This document shows, piece after piece, positions 24,001-35,659 of a stretch of DNA of 64,000 bases (position 1 is the first letter of the stretch; each line of letters starts with the position of its first letter). The translations under genes and the position numbers were made by a program. The DNA is from Geosiphon pyriformis uo1 (Eukaryota; Fungi; Glomeromycota): contig JAAOMT010000494.1 of NCBI GenBank assembly GCA_016748015.1, forward strand, positions 488,190 to 552,189, in the 5' to 3' direction. The notes beneath the pieces were generated by a model. That model ran no database searches. It saw only the letters and a list, made by a program, of their open reading frames with translations, and was not told the DNA's origin.

Positions 24001-27000
24001 ATAGTATAATTTGGAGATTTGCTACATACAATGTTTGGGGTATTAATGTATCTGCTAAGCAAGAAGATGTTGTTCAGTGGCACTTGAGCTTGGGTAATAT
24101 GGTGTTTGTTATTACAGAAACTAAGTTACAATCTGGTGTTAAATCTTGGATTGCCAATAAGTTTGATGATGTGTGGATATTCACATCTGGTATGGAAAAG
24201 AGTTATACTGGTGCTGGTATGGCTATTATTATGAATAATTATTTGGTTTGTTACATTTCTAAGGTGGAAGAGATTCCAGGAAGGATTATTTCAGTATGAC
24301 TTCTGTTTAAAGGCAAGTTCTCAGTCACTGTCTTGGGTTTGTATACTGGTGCTTTGGCTGGAGTTAGGTTTGATTAGGCTTCAGAAGTGAACTTTCTTAT
24401 TGCCAAGGCCATTAACTCTAGCACTTTTGTGGTATTGGGTGGAGACTAATGAGAATGGATCTGAAAGGAGTGTGAGTTTTAAATTTTGTTTGAATTTGGA
24501 TTTGGTCAATTTTTTCATGGACTATTTTTTGGCCAAAGCTGCTACATAGAACAATTCAAGAAGAATTAAGAAGACTATTGACTACATTTTTGTTAGTGGA
24601 AACTTGGCTTCAGCAGTTGCAAGTCATGTAATTGGCTCTGTTTCCGGTTTTTTTGATACTAATTACAAGGCTGTTATAGTGTTTATCAGTTTGGATGGTC
24701 TCTTAGATGGCCATCTAAATAGCTTGCATAAACAAGCAAATAAAGATCATTGGAAATTCAATATTAAGGATACAGATGACACCAAGTGGACTAAGTTTAG
24801 AGATTGTGTGGCTTCCAAGCTGTTATTGGCAAAGGATGAACTTTTTGATACAGAGACATGTAGTAAAATAGATGATATGTGGACTATTCTGGAAAAGATA
24901 ATAGTGGAATTGGCCAATAAGATATTTTTGAGATGCTGGTTCAGTGAGTTTCAGTGTTCAAGAAACAGACATTCTTCCAGGTTTTTTGGGCTGAAAATAT
25001 TGGTTGCCAAAATTGTTAAGAAGTTTAATTCTGGTAATGCTGTTGAAGTTAATAGTTTCATAAGGACTTGGTTAACCTTGAATAAAGCTAAAGCTCATGC
25101 TTTCACTAACCTGGTTTTTTTGGATAATCATCCTGTATCTATTCTCAAACATTTGTTTTTGGTTCATAAAAGTTATAGGAAGTCTAAGATGTACAAGTCA
25201 AGATTGGCTAAAAAGGCATCTATTAGGAAGGCAATAGAGAAACAGATGGAAAAATTTTGTTTTGATAAAAGTGACATGATTAGAAGTATTCTAGACTGAC
25301 ACTTTTACAAAATGGTGCTAGATTACTTGGTAGTGGATGATGAGCTGATTGTGGAGCCAACCAAAGTTAAGTCTAATGTAAATAAAATTATGGAAGGTTG
25401 GACAAGAAGGTGAATAGTGCCTCCACCTTTGCCTAATTTCTAGGCCTGCCAGTATGCATCTTTGAATTATGTGAAGAATGACATCTTTTTTGGTGTGATG
25501 CATCCTATTGGCTTGAGCAAATTGCTTTTGGTCATTAGAGATTTACCTGATGAAAAGGTTGCAGGCTTATCTGGCATTTCTAATGAACTATGAAAGCATA
25601 ATGGTGATGCAATAATAAGTTGTCTGTTGAGACTGCTGAATGTGTGCTTAAATGTGAGTGGTGTGTCTGTTCTATGAAGAAAGGCGTGAGTATTGATGAT
25701 TTCAAAATCCTATGACTGGGATGGAGTTCTTACAAACACTTACCCTATTGCATTAATTGAAACTCCAAGAAAAATTCTCTCTAAGGTTCTATCTGACTGT
25801 ATTTCATTTGCCTGTAGTAAATTTGGCATCCTCTAAGGTGATAACTTTTCTGTGCTGAAGGGCACTTCTACACAATCTCCAGTGTTTGCTATTGGGTCTG
25901 TTATTGAAGATGCTTTCAAGAAGAACAGGGAAATTTGGTTGGTTTTACAAGATATGCAAAAGGCTTATGATTTTGTTGGTTGGTACTATCTGAAGGCTAG
26001 TTTGCTGTAAATCAAGATGTATAACAGATTTATGAAATTTTTTGGTAGTATACATGAGGATAGGATTAATAAGATTATGATGGATTTTGGTCTGTCTGAT
26101 AGCTATAAGGTGTATGATGGATTAAATTAAGGTGAGGTCTTTTTGCCTCTTTTTTGAAGAATATTTTATAATTCTCTTTTGTGTAAGATTAAAAGACATG
26201 AATATTTGTGTGAGTACTAGATTAATACTAAGTTTGTTTCAAGATTGGGAAAGATTGAGAATAGTTGTAGAATGACATCTCATTTCGCAGCTAGTGCATT
26301 TGTTGATAACACAATTTGGATTGGGAACTGTCAGGCTTTGACTCAATATGCTTTGAATATTGTCAATGAATTCTTTAATGTTAATAACATTTTCATAAAC
26401 AATAATAAAATGGTCGCTATCCCCATTAATCAAGGTATTAAGATTGCTTCTTTAAGTATTTGTGGTTAGCCAATTTTGATTGCCAAAAAGGGTGAAGCAC
26501 ATCATTATCTAGGAATTTTTTTGTCTACTGAAGAAATGTTTAAGCCAAGTGTTGCCAAAACTCATTCTGATGTTTGTTTTTTTGTTAGTGTTGTGCTGAG
26601 AAAAGCTATCACTGATAAACAGTTCTCATATTTGGTGTCAGCAGTCTTGCAGCCTATTGTTAGCTATTGGATTCAGTTCAATTTTGTTTTATTAAATGTT
26701 TGTCACAAGTGTGATGTTATGATTAGAAAGGATCTCAAGCTTAAGGCCTGTCTTCCCCATGATTTTCCTGATGTGGTTTTGCATCACCCTTTGTTGTATG
26801 GTTTAAAAACCTTTGAGCAGATTCAGTCTGAGAGTAAATTGGCTACTGTAATTTCTTTTTCTAATGCTTTGAGCATTCTAAAGCACTTATTCAATCATAA
26901 ATTTTTGGATTTGCAAATTATGGGCTGGGCTCTTATGAATCTTTTGCAGTTTTCTGTCAGATTACGTGTTAGTCCTGTGAACAATTTCTTGGCTGGTGTG

Positions 27001-28610
27001 GTGAAAGTTTTTTTGTATAATGAGCTGTCTTTGGCAAATAATCTGCCTAATGCCTTTCATAGTCTTAGTGGTTTTCTTATGTTATTAATATTAGAGGATA
27101 CTCTTTACTTCAGTTTTGTGCATTCTTTGAAGCATTTTGGTGTTGTGTTTAATGACAGGCTGTTGGATAAAAAAGGGTGTGTAATGGATTGGAAAACCTT
27201 TCAGCAGTAGAAAAGGTTTGATCAAAGGGGTCTTGTCCCTTTTTGGTTTAGACAAACGTCTCAATTTCTACATAATAGTGGCACTAGATCATCAAATATT
27301 GCAAATTTTGGCTGGCTTCATGGTCTAAGTATTTTGAATTCTCTGGAATTTTCTGTTGTGCAGAGTAGCTTGCACGAGATTTGGTCTAGTTTATTTGACA
27401 TGTTCACAGATGGTTCATTGAGAAATTTTGGCTCAGCTGATGTCACCAGTAGTACAACTGTGTAATTTCCTGCTGTGAATTTTAGTCTTGGAGTTAAGGT
27501 TTGGAGTTTGTTGTCTTCTACTTTGGCCAAATTACAGACTGTTACTTTGGCACTAAAGTGTGTTCTTTTTTCTTGCATGGTAGCATTGTATACTAACAGT
27601 TAAGCTGTCATTGATACTTGTATGTTTGAGATGTCTGCTGCTGTGCCTAATTTCCGTGTTCCTTGTTGGGTAAAAAGGCATCACATTTTCAATTTGATCT
27701 ATGAGGAAGATATCAATATAAAATGAATAAAGATTAAAGATTATTCTGGAATTTGTGGCAATAAAAAAGCTAATACTATGGCTGGTGATGCTACGTGTTC
27801 TCAGTTTTTCTTACCGGTGGAGGTGCAAGAACATTTCTTAGTGGCTAAAAACATGGTTGTGTTTAACAATACCTGGTATTTTGTTTAAAATTTGTACAGA
27901 TTTGTTTGTCATGCTTATTGGAAAGCTGGATTTGGTTTTGATGTCATTTCAAATGCTTTAATTGAGAGTATTAACTGGGAAGCCATCTCAAGAGTGTGGC
28001 ACCCTGACTTGCATATGCTTGCAAAGTCTACTAGTTAGAAGTCTTCTGTTTTACATTTGTATTTGATGAAAGCTGTACACTGATGACTTCCAGTAGCAGT
28101 TAGAAAAAAGTTGTATAATAAAAGTTATCCTGGTGTGCAGTGTTTGCTGTGTAATAAGGTAGAGCTGCCTGATCATGTTTTTTCATGTGCCTTGGATGTT
28201 GGTGTTTAAGGAAAAATTTTGGCTAAGACTTCTGCTTCTTGGGTCTTTTTGGTGAGGGCTGGTACTTTGTCTTCTTTTACTGTTTTGTGGTTTCTTGGTT
28301 TTTGCTCTTTAAATGTTGGTTTATACTCAGTTGTGTGCAAAGGGTTTGTTATGGAGGATTGGTGTGCAGAAGCAGTTGGAGTTTTTAATAATAGGAAAGA
28401 GGCTGTGAGTGTTGTTGTTAATTATGTAAGACATTTTGTTGAGTTACATTGTTTTAGGATCTGGCTAGTGAGATCTAAGCATAGGGTGGACATAAAAAGA
28501 GCTGGTTTGGTTGGAGATGGTAGGTTGGTGTTAGGTCTGGTGTGGTGTGTGGGACAAATAATGTCAAATAGTGTAGTTAGAATGCTTGGCATTGCTGACT
28601 CTTTTGTTTG
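23997..28610 (+). pseudogene. L2 ORF2: AP endonuclease-RT-RNase H-zinc finger
   Basis: ATYNVWG, ITETKL, TIDYIF, QDMQKAYD, AFVDNTIW, FTDGSL, CLLC..E..DH.F.C; many stops. Confidence 0.92.
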
Positions 28611-28733
28611 GCCTAAGTGGCTAGTCACATGTAGCAAGTGCATGAACTATGTTTAGTTTGAGCCTTTTAGTATGGCTTTTTGTACTAGATAGTGGTTGGG
28701 CTTTACTCATTAAATGCATTTAATAAATAAAAA

Positions 28734-29580
28734 ATCACTTTGTTTAAAATATTTATAAAACAATAGCTAATATATGTTAAAAAATAAGTTTTAATGTCAA
28801 AGTTATTGCCAATTTTTTTGTATATTATGTTAATTGGGTTTGAATGACTTTGGTTTGGCACTTTAACTCTTATATGCTCATTAGTTTTATCAGCAGAGCT
28901 ATAATTAATTTTAAGACTTATATAATAAAGGCAGTTTATAAAAGATTATATGACAGGTTATATTCAAATGTTTTGTGTTTGTTTTATGAGTAGATGAAAT
29001 TTTCAAATTATTTATTTATATATTTAGAAAATGCAGACTGATAGGGGAAATTGATTAGAGATTATATTGTGTTTTGGTTATCTTTGGCTGTTAAAAAAGT
29101 GTTTTTGTTTTTTTTTGTACTATAATCTTTCTTCTTTTGTCTTTCTAATATTAGATTATATATGGTGCTTTGCCAAGACTTTATTATAAAGAATTGGTTT
29201 AAGAATATTTTGGCTATATTTAATAATAAAAAAGAGACAATTTTAGTGTTAATAGATTTTTCTTGTCAATTGATTAATTTTCATTGTTGGAAAATATGAT
29301 TAGTAAAAGCTGGACTTAAGTTTGGAGTAAAAAAAACTTGGTTGGTAAATAATATTAATATAGTGCTTATAGTAATTAGTAAATTATATAAGAGTCTATT
29401 AAATGGAATAGTTTGTATATTAGGTGTTATTGAGTTAATGACCGTAAGTTTTAATAGGCATTTGCTTTGTGCTTTCTTTTTTGGCATTAATAATATTCTA
29501 ATTATGTATATAAATATGTAGTGTTGTCTAAATTGGCTCGAATAGCTAGTTATATATAACAAGTACATAAGTTGTATTAA
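28734..29580 (+). mobile_element. 3' remainder of old LINE L1 including a decayed 3' UTR
   Basis: Resumes ORF2 at the point where it broke off at 15869; 29518-29580 matches the conserved LINE 3' UTR. Confidence 0.75.
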
Positions 29581-30615
29581 ATAATATTTAGATCACATTT
29601 TGTTAAAACATTTAATAATAAAAAACTTAATTAATTAATGTAAAAATTTTTAAATACAAAATAGTAAATGTTAATTTTAATAAACAAGTTTATTTATTAT
29701 TTAAGAACTTTTATAAATATTTTTGTTAATAATAAACAGTTTTTTACATGTAACAAATAAAAAATGTGTTAATAATAAAAATATTTTGTGAAAATTAATG
29801 CTTATTAAAAATTAAATGGTTAAAAAAACCACAAATTTTGTGAAATAAAGAAAGAGAACTCAATAAAGTCTATTATAATGAATAACCACAATTTAAATAT
29901 TTAGTATTTTTATTGATAGGCATTATTTTTCATTAAAAATAAGAAACATTGTGTTTTAAAAATAATTATGATGATTTGAAGTTAATAATAAATTTTTAAT
30001 TGCAGCCTTTTATATAGACAAGAAATATTTTGAAGCTTTAAACGTTGGCTACATTGACAGGAAACTGTTTCTGAATGCATCCAAGTGGCCTGAACTACAA
30101 ATTCAAAACAAGTGTCGCTTTGCTTCGGTTTTTTAAATCGGACTTCATACTCTCTTAGAGACCTCGGGAAATCTTTGGGCATTTTGTAAAAGTGAACATT
30201 CTACATAAACGAACGTTCAAGCAGCTTATCATCTTCAAAATTATCCAGTTAATAAACTTGGACAATGAAATATATAAAGATCGCCTGTTACTTAAATCCA
30301 ATAAAATCATGCATTCGATTCTTTTATGGATACCTTTTATTATTAAAGTAGTTAATAGATTCAATTATGCAATGGAGCAGTTTTTTCGGTTTTTTACGGC
30401 AGAGTTTTTCGGTGTAAAAACAATCCCTTGTTTGGTTGAGGGATTTGAAGATGTGGAGAAAATACATCTAAATAACTGGGCATAGGAAAGCTTTCACTAC
30501 CAGGTGAAAGATCGAATTAAAGATTACAATATAAATAAAATGGAGCGCCAAAAGTTCTAATCCAAATGTTTTCAAAGTCTGTAGATGATGATCTATTGTT
30601 GTTTCAATCTAACAA

Positions 30616-33043
30616 CTAAAAGAAAAATTTATTTTCTACGCTCAAAGCAGGTGATGTGGATAAAAGTTCTTGGTGAATAACGTTCAGTGCCTTGGTCGCA
30701 TCATCCTCGTCGATCACGCACGAAATGTTAATTTCCGAGGCCCCTTGTGAAATCATTTCAATGTTGATATTGGCAGCGGCTAATGTGCTAAACATCTTGC
30801 CAGCAATACCGACCATGTTCTTCATTTGTTTGCCGACCAGACTTAGAATGGCTTGGTTTTTGAGGAGATCAACCTAGAGAAATGTCACCGTGAATTATTT
30901 AAATTAAACTATTGTTCAAGCCAAATTTAAAACGATTAATATAAAAGGTACTGACCCTTCCCAATTTTTTTAGTTCATCTATAGCCTTTTGTAAATCTGG
31001 TTCAATAACATTAAAACCGAGCGCCATGGAAACGTGAACCTCGCTTGTGGCAATCAAATCCACCACGATTCCGTACTTGTCTAAAGCTGCGAAAATACTA
31101 GCAAAAAATCCATAACTGATAATTTTACGATTGGAATGAATATTGAGAACGATGATATTGTTTTTTATGGTAACAGCGGTAGGTTGCCGTCTAGTCATGT
31201 CATATTGATAGCCATTCTCGAATAAGAGCTTGGGAATGTGAGGTGGGGTGACATTCCCATTTTTGTTGGAAGTGATGTCGGGAAAAATAACGGTGCCTTG
31301 CCCGTCAGGATTCTCGACATTTTTTATCCGAATAGGAATACTAGATTTGATAACTTGATCCATGGTGAACGGATGTATCACTTCAGACCCATAATATGTC
31401 AATTCCGCTGCTTCCTCAGGTGTAATAATTGGTAAGAGACGAGCATGCAATACTTTACGAGGATCTGCGGTGAAAATGCCATCAACTTCCTTCCAAATTT
31501 GAAGCTCTTCTGCTGATAAACCAACAGCGGCTAGAGCAGCGCAAAAATCGGTGTAACCCCGTCCAATGTTACATAAAATGCTCCCAGGGACCATTCCAAA
31601 GAAGCCTAAAAATTTCATACTCAGCGTTTATATGTGAAAAAAAGTTATATTTTCAGCAAAGAGTTGATTACCAGTCAATACAGGGACACGATCTCCGCAT
31701 TCTAAGACTTTTTTGGAGATGCATTCTGCTAGGTGATCGTAAAAGCTTTGATCAAGATTACTGGGATCAAATTCCTGTGTAATTATATTATCCAAATTCA
31801 CAAATTGAGAATCGACGCCCTATTCAGGAAAAAGATCACAATGTTGATTTGAAATGTATAATTATTTTACGTTTGCTGTAGAGTATTTCTAAAATCGAAA
31901 ATTATACCTTATCCTTTAACACCGCAGCGACAATGCGACAAGATAATTTTTCACCAACGCCAACTATTATATCTTTTGACCTTGGAGAGATTTCCTCAAT
32001 AATCTGAAATTATATTATTGATAGCAAAGGGAATATTAATCAAATTGATGCAAACGAAAGTAGGAAACCGAAAAAAGATGAGAAGACTATTCACCTGCGC
32101 AGCATCTAAAAAGCTCTTCAGCTTTGCACAATCAAGCCGCAAATCCTGGTCTAAGTCGGAAAGAATTTCTGGACTCTTGATCACTCTACGCGCATAAAGA
32201 ATGTGATCCTGATATATTTCTTCGACGATTTGAAAGTGGGATTTGCTACCAGGCTTAAGCGCATCTTCTGCTGCTTTTAACAGCCTAAATGGAAAGAAAG
32301 GCAGAAGAATCTATCTAATTAACCTAATGTGGAAATAATCAGTTGCCACAGAAAATTGCCATCATATTAACTTGCCTATTGGTTGTCCCTTTTGATTTCG
32401 TTTCCCCACTTCGAGCGGAGCATACAAGTAAAACTCGGTTGGTTTTTAAATAAAACCTATTGGAAGTAATTAGGTAAAATATATAGCCCTGTTAATTGCC
32501 AACAAGGCCAAATAACAAAAATTCGAGATTTTGATCTCATGAAAGTAAAAGTAACATTGAGATGCTATCCAAAAAATGAGATAAACAAATTCGATTAGAG
32601 AAAATCCGTTTCGAAGGCAGCTAGCGGCTAGCGAGTCCGAATCACATAGCAGAACGATATTTCGAATCAGTTTAACTAGATCAAAAAGTGAGAATAATAC
32701 AAAACCCCTCAAAATTTAGACTTGTTTGTTATAGTGCATGTTTTTAGAAAAGGTCCATGGGATTTAACATGATAAAATTTACATTCCAGGTTTTTTCCTT
32801 TAGAATAAAAATGATCCTTATAGAAAAATTCAAAACTTTCTGCTACCCTTAGAGCTATCCCATAGAGAGAGCTAAGACGTTAAAGCTAAGGACGTACTTC
32901 ACAATAGTCTCTGTGATAGTTTCTAAAAACTTGCCAACACTAGTTCCGCCAAATTTTTGCACCACCCATGGTAAGTTTTCCTTATTACTAAGGAGTTCAG
33001 GGGAAAGTTGGGAGGGTGAAGATTCATATATTTGAGGAGTCAT
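30616..33043 (-). CDS. HOM3: Aspartate kinase (aspartokinase), 522 aa, 7 exons: 33043-32898, 32456-32376, 32284-32095, 32003-31908, 31819-31672, 31605-30956, 30873-30616
   Basis: [61 protein letters not shown] and two ACT domains ([12 protein letters not shown]; [14 protein letters not shown]). Exons join in frame to 1569 nt; five GT-AG introns and one GC-AG intron. Confidence 0.96.
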
Positions 33044-33101
33044 TTTGAATCTGGCTTCTTGCTACAGTTTAAGGGTGTCTATAAAGTTGAAAATTATAAA
33101 A

Positions 33102-33110
33102 GTGACTCAT
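33102..33110. promoter_or_regulatory. Gcn4/CpcA (AP-1 type) site GTGACTCAT about 60 bp upstream of the aspartate kinase ATG
   Basis: Perfect TGACTCA core. Fungal aspartokinase genes are known targets of general amino acid control. Confidence 0.6.
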
Positions 33111-34329
33111 AAATGTCTAATCTTGTCAAAAGTTATCGTGACATCGCAGATACTCGACGAAGCTCAAAACTTTCATGCAATGATCCCTTATTGGCTATCA
33201 CATCAGAGAAATTTCTCAAAACTGGACCTTTGCATCTCAGTATAATGTCATTTATAAATAGGGCATTTCTTAACTCCGTATTTTTCAAATGACAGTTTGT
33301 CAATCTTATTTATTATTTAAAATGCCCGAATATAAAAGCTCTTCAAAAAAAGGTGGTGGAATCTAGGAGAGCTGGGGACAGGATGAATTCCTATCAAATT
33401 AATCTGTCGTGGAAACGGTTCTGTGAATCTCGACGACAAAAACTCTAGCACCCGGTAAAATATTAGGTTTTTACCACACGAGAATTTCCCTGGAGCATTA
33501 ATAAAGAGAAGTGGTTGGTGGCTATGCGTCCATAAAAATTAATATATTCTTATTATGTTTTGTATTAATATTTAACCAAAGTTGGATCACAAAAACAACA
33601 ACTTAATTAAGTGGGATTTAATTTCCCACTTGCAGAGAAAAGGGAAGACGATAGGTTGACAACCGAGATCAATCAAATGAGATGATATATTAATTCATAA
33701 ATTTTAAAGTATTATCAACCAAATTGTTCAGAAACATTCTTGATTTTTTGTGTTTTATAAATTTTTAATAATATTATTAAAATGCCAAAATGTTATATTA
33801 AAAATATAATAAAATATTTTTTAAATAATAAATAAATTACACTTATTATAAATTATTATTTTTTTAATGTTTTAATTAAATATAGCTTTTTTATTTATTT
33901 AATATATACATTTTTTACATATAATTAATTAATTAAACTTATATTAAAACTATTTTTTAATTATAATATTAAAAACAATTTACATGTTTTTCTATAAATA
34001 ATGTATTTATTTACAACTTTTTATATAAATAAATCTTAATAACCTTTTTGTTAAACTTAATTGAATTGTAAAAACTTAATTATATGTATTATTACCATAT
34101 TTATTATTAAATTTCTTATTTTTAATAATAATATTAAGATAATATATTACAAAAAAATTAATAATAGTAATAATAAAAGTTTTTAAAACTTAAATAATTA
34201 AAAAACAAAGTATATTTAACTATATATTTGATTTTTTTTGGTATTTAATAATTATATTTAAAGCAAAAAGTAATAAAGAAGTATATTTTTTATTTTTATT
34301 AATTTTAATACTTAATAAATTTTTTTAAA

Positions 34330-35100
34330 AGTAAAAATAATTAAATTATATTTTTTTATTATTATTTTATGAATATAATTATACCAGATTCTAAAATAAG
34401 TATAACTTATGTATTTTTTATATATAACTAATTACTTAAGCTAAACAAAAGAATATTATATATTAATATTATAAATAACACAAATATTATTGCAAAATTT
34501 TAATAACAATAAAGCTAATAGATAATTAATACTAAATTTAATTAAAATATCTTGATTAATATTTTATGTACAAATATTTACATTTAAAATTCTATATAAT
34601 AAATTATTTATAATAAAAAATATATTATTTTTTGTTAATAGCTAATTATTGGTCTTGTAAAATTATCTTAAAATAATATTAAGTATTTATATATTTAATT
34701 TGTATTAGATTACAAAATTTTACACAAAATTAATAATTTCTATAATAAACTTAAACTTATTTCTAAAAACTTTAAGTTTTTATAAAACTTTTTACAATAG
34801 TTATATATAATTGGTTATTAGAATATATTTTATACAACAAATAAATAATCATTAAATTTACAATTAACCAATCAAACAAATTATATTATTTATTAATAAT
34901 AACAATAATAATATATTTATAATTAACATAATTTAAAAAACATATAAATATATAATTAAATTTTTTTATTAAATTATAATATAAACAGACAAAATTAAAA
35001 TGCAAAGTATTATACAGTTTTTTTCTTAACACAAATAACAATTATTTATATAAAATTTTTATAAATAAGTATAAAAAACAATTATATCTGAATTAGTTAA
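34330..35100 (-). mobile_element. Extremely AT-converted LINE 3' ghost (boundaries approximate)
   Basis: Reverse complement of 34400-34464 aligns without gaps to the LINE stop/3' UTR with mostly G>A and C>T changes; further anchors near 34715 and 34930-34995. Confidence 0.6.
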
Positions 35101-35659
35101 TTTAATTTATATATGTTTATTTAAATATTAAATTATAATTATACAAAAAAATTAAGATTACATATTAAAAACATATTTATAAAATTTTTACCATATTTAA
35201 TTTTTTAATTAATATAATTAACAAAATTATACAAACTTTTAATTAGATATTAAATATTTTTAAAAACAAATTATTTATTTGTAAACAGATATTATTTTTT
35301 TTAATTTTAATAAATAATATAAAACAAAACATATTAAAATATTAATAATTATGTTAGTAATTTTATTGTTTTTAATATTTAAATAACTTTTTATCTTAAT
35401 TTAATAAAATAATAAATTCTTAATATTAATAGTGTTATTAATATAACTGTGTTTTAATTAGCAATTATTATAAAAATTTAAATAAAAAACAAAAAAGTTT
35501 TATTAATTTAAAAAAACTTCTTTCTCTCTTACCTCCAAAAATCTTCAATGAGCACATTTCTGAAAAAAAAGTTTTTTGTTTTTCTGTTTTTATCATATCA
35601 ACATTTCTTTAACTAATAACTTTTTTGTGGTGGATTTGAAAGCTGTCTCTAATAGCAAT

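Larger units (their letters stand above)
15870..28733 (+). mobile_element. LINE L2 (APE-RT-RNaseH), originally full length, 9-bp TSD; A2 is nested in its 5' UTR
   Basis: 5' stub AAAACTTTCTCTTGTCGATC (about 15888-15909) matches the L4 5' end; body 22225-28733. TSD ATTACTTTG 15861-15869 / ATCACTTTG 28734-28742. Confidence 0.82.

Noticed and set aside
28600-28615. L2 3' deletion as a spliced-out antisense intron
   Set aside because: The junction does not match the CT..AC boundaries exactly; TTTG microhomology is the simpler explanation.
29982-30485. Short ORFs downstream of aspartate kinase as a second gene
   Set aside because: No recognisable motifs or consistent exon structure; probably 3' UTR or intergenic DNA.
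33300-33560. Lysine riboswitch, tRNA, snRNA, SRP, RNase P/MRP or telomerase RNA upstream of aspartokinase
   Set aside because: Diagnostic motifs (AGAGGUGC, tRNA A/B boxes, snRNA 5' ends, complete P4 helix, telomere template) were not found.
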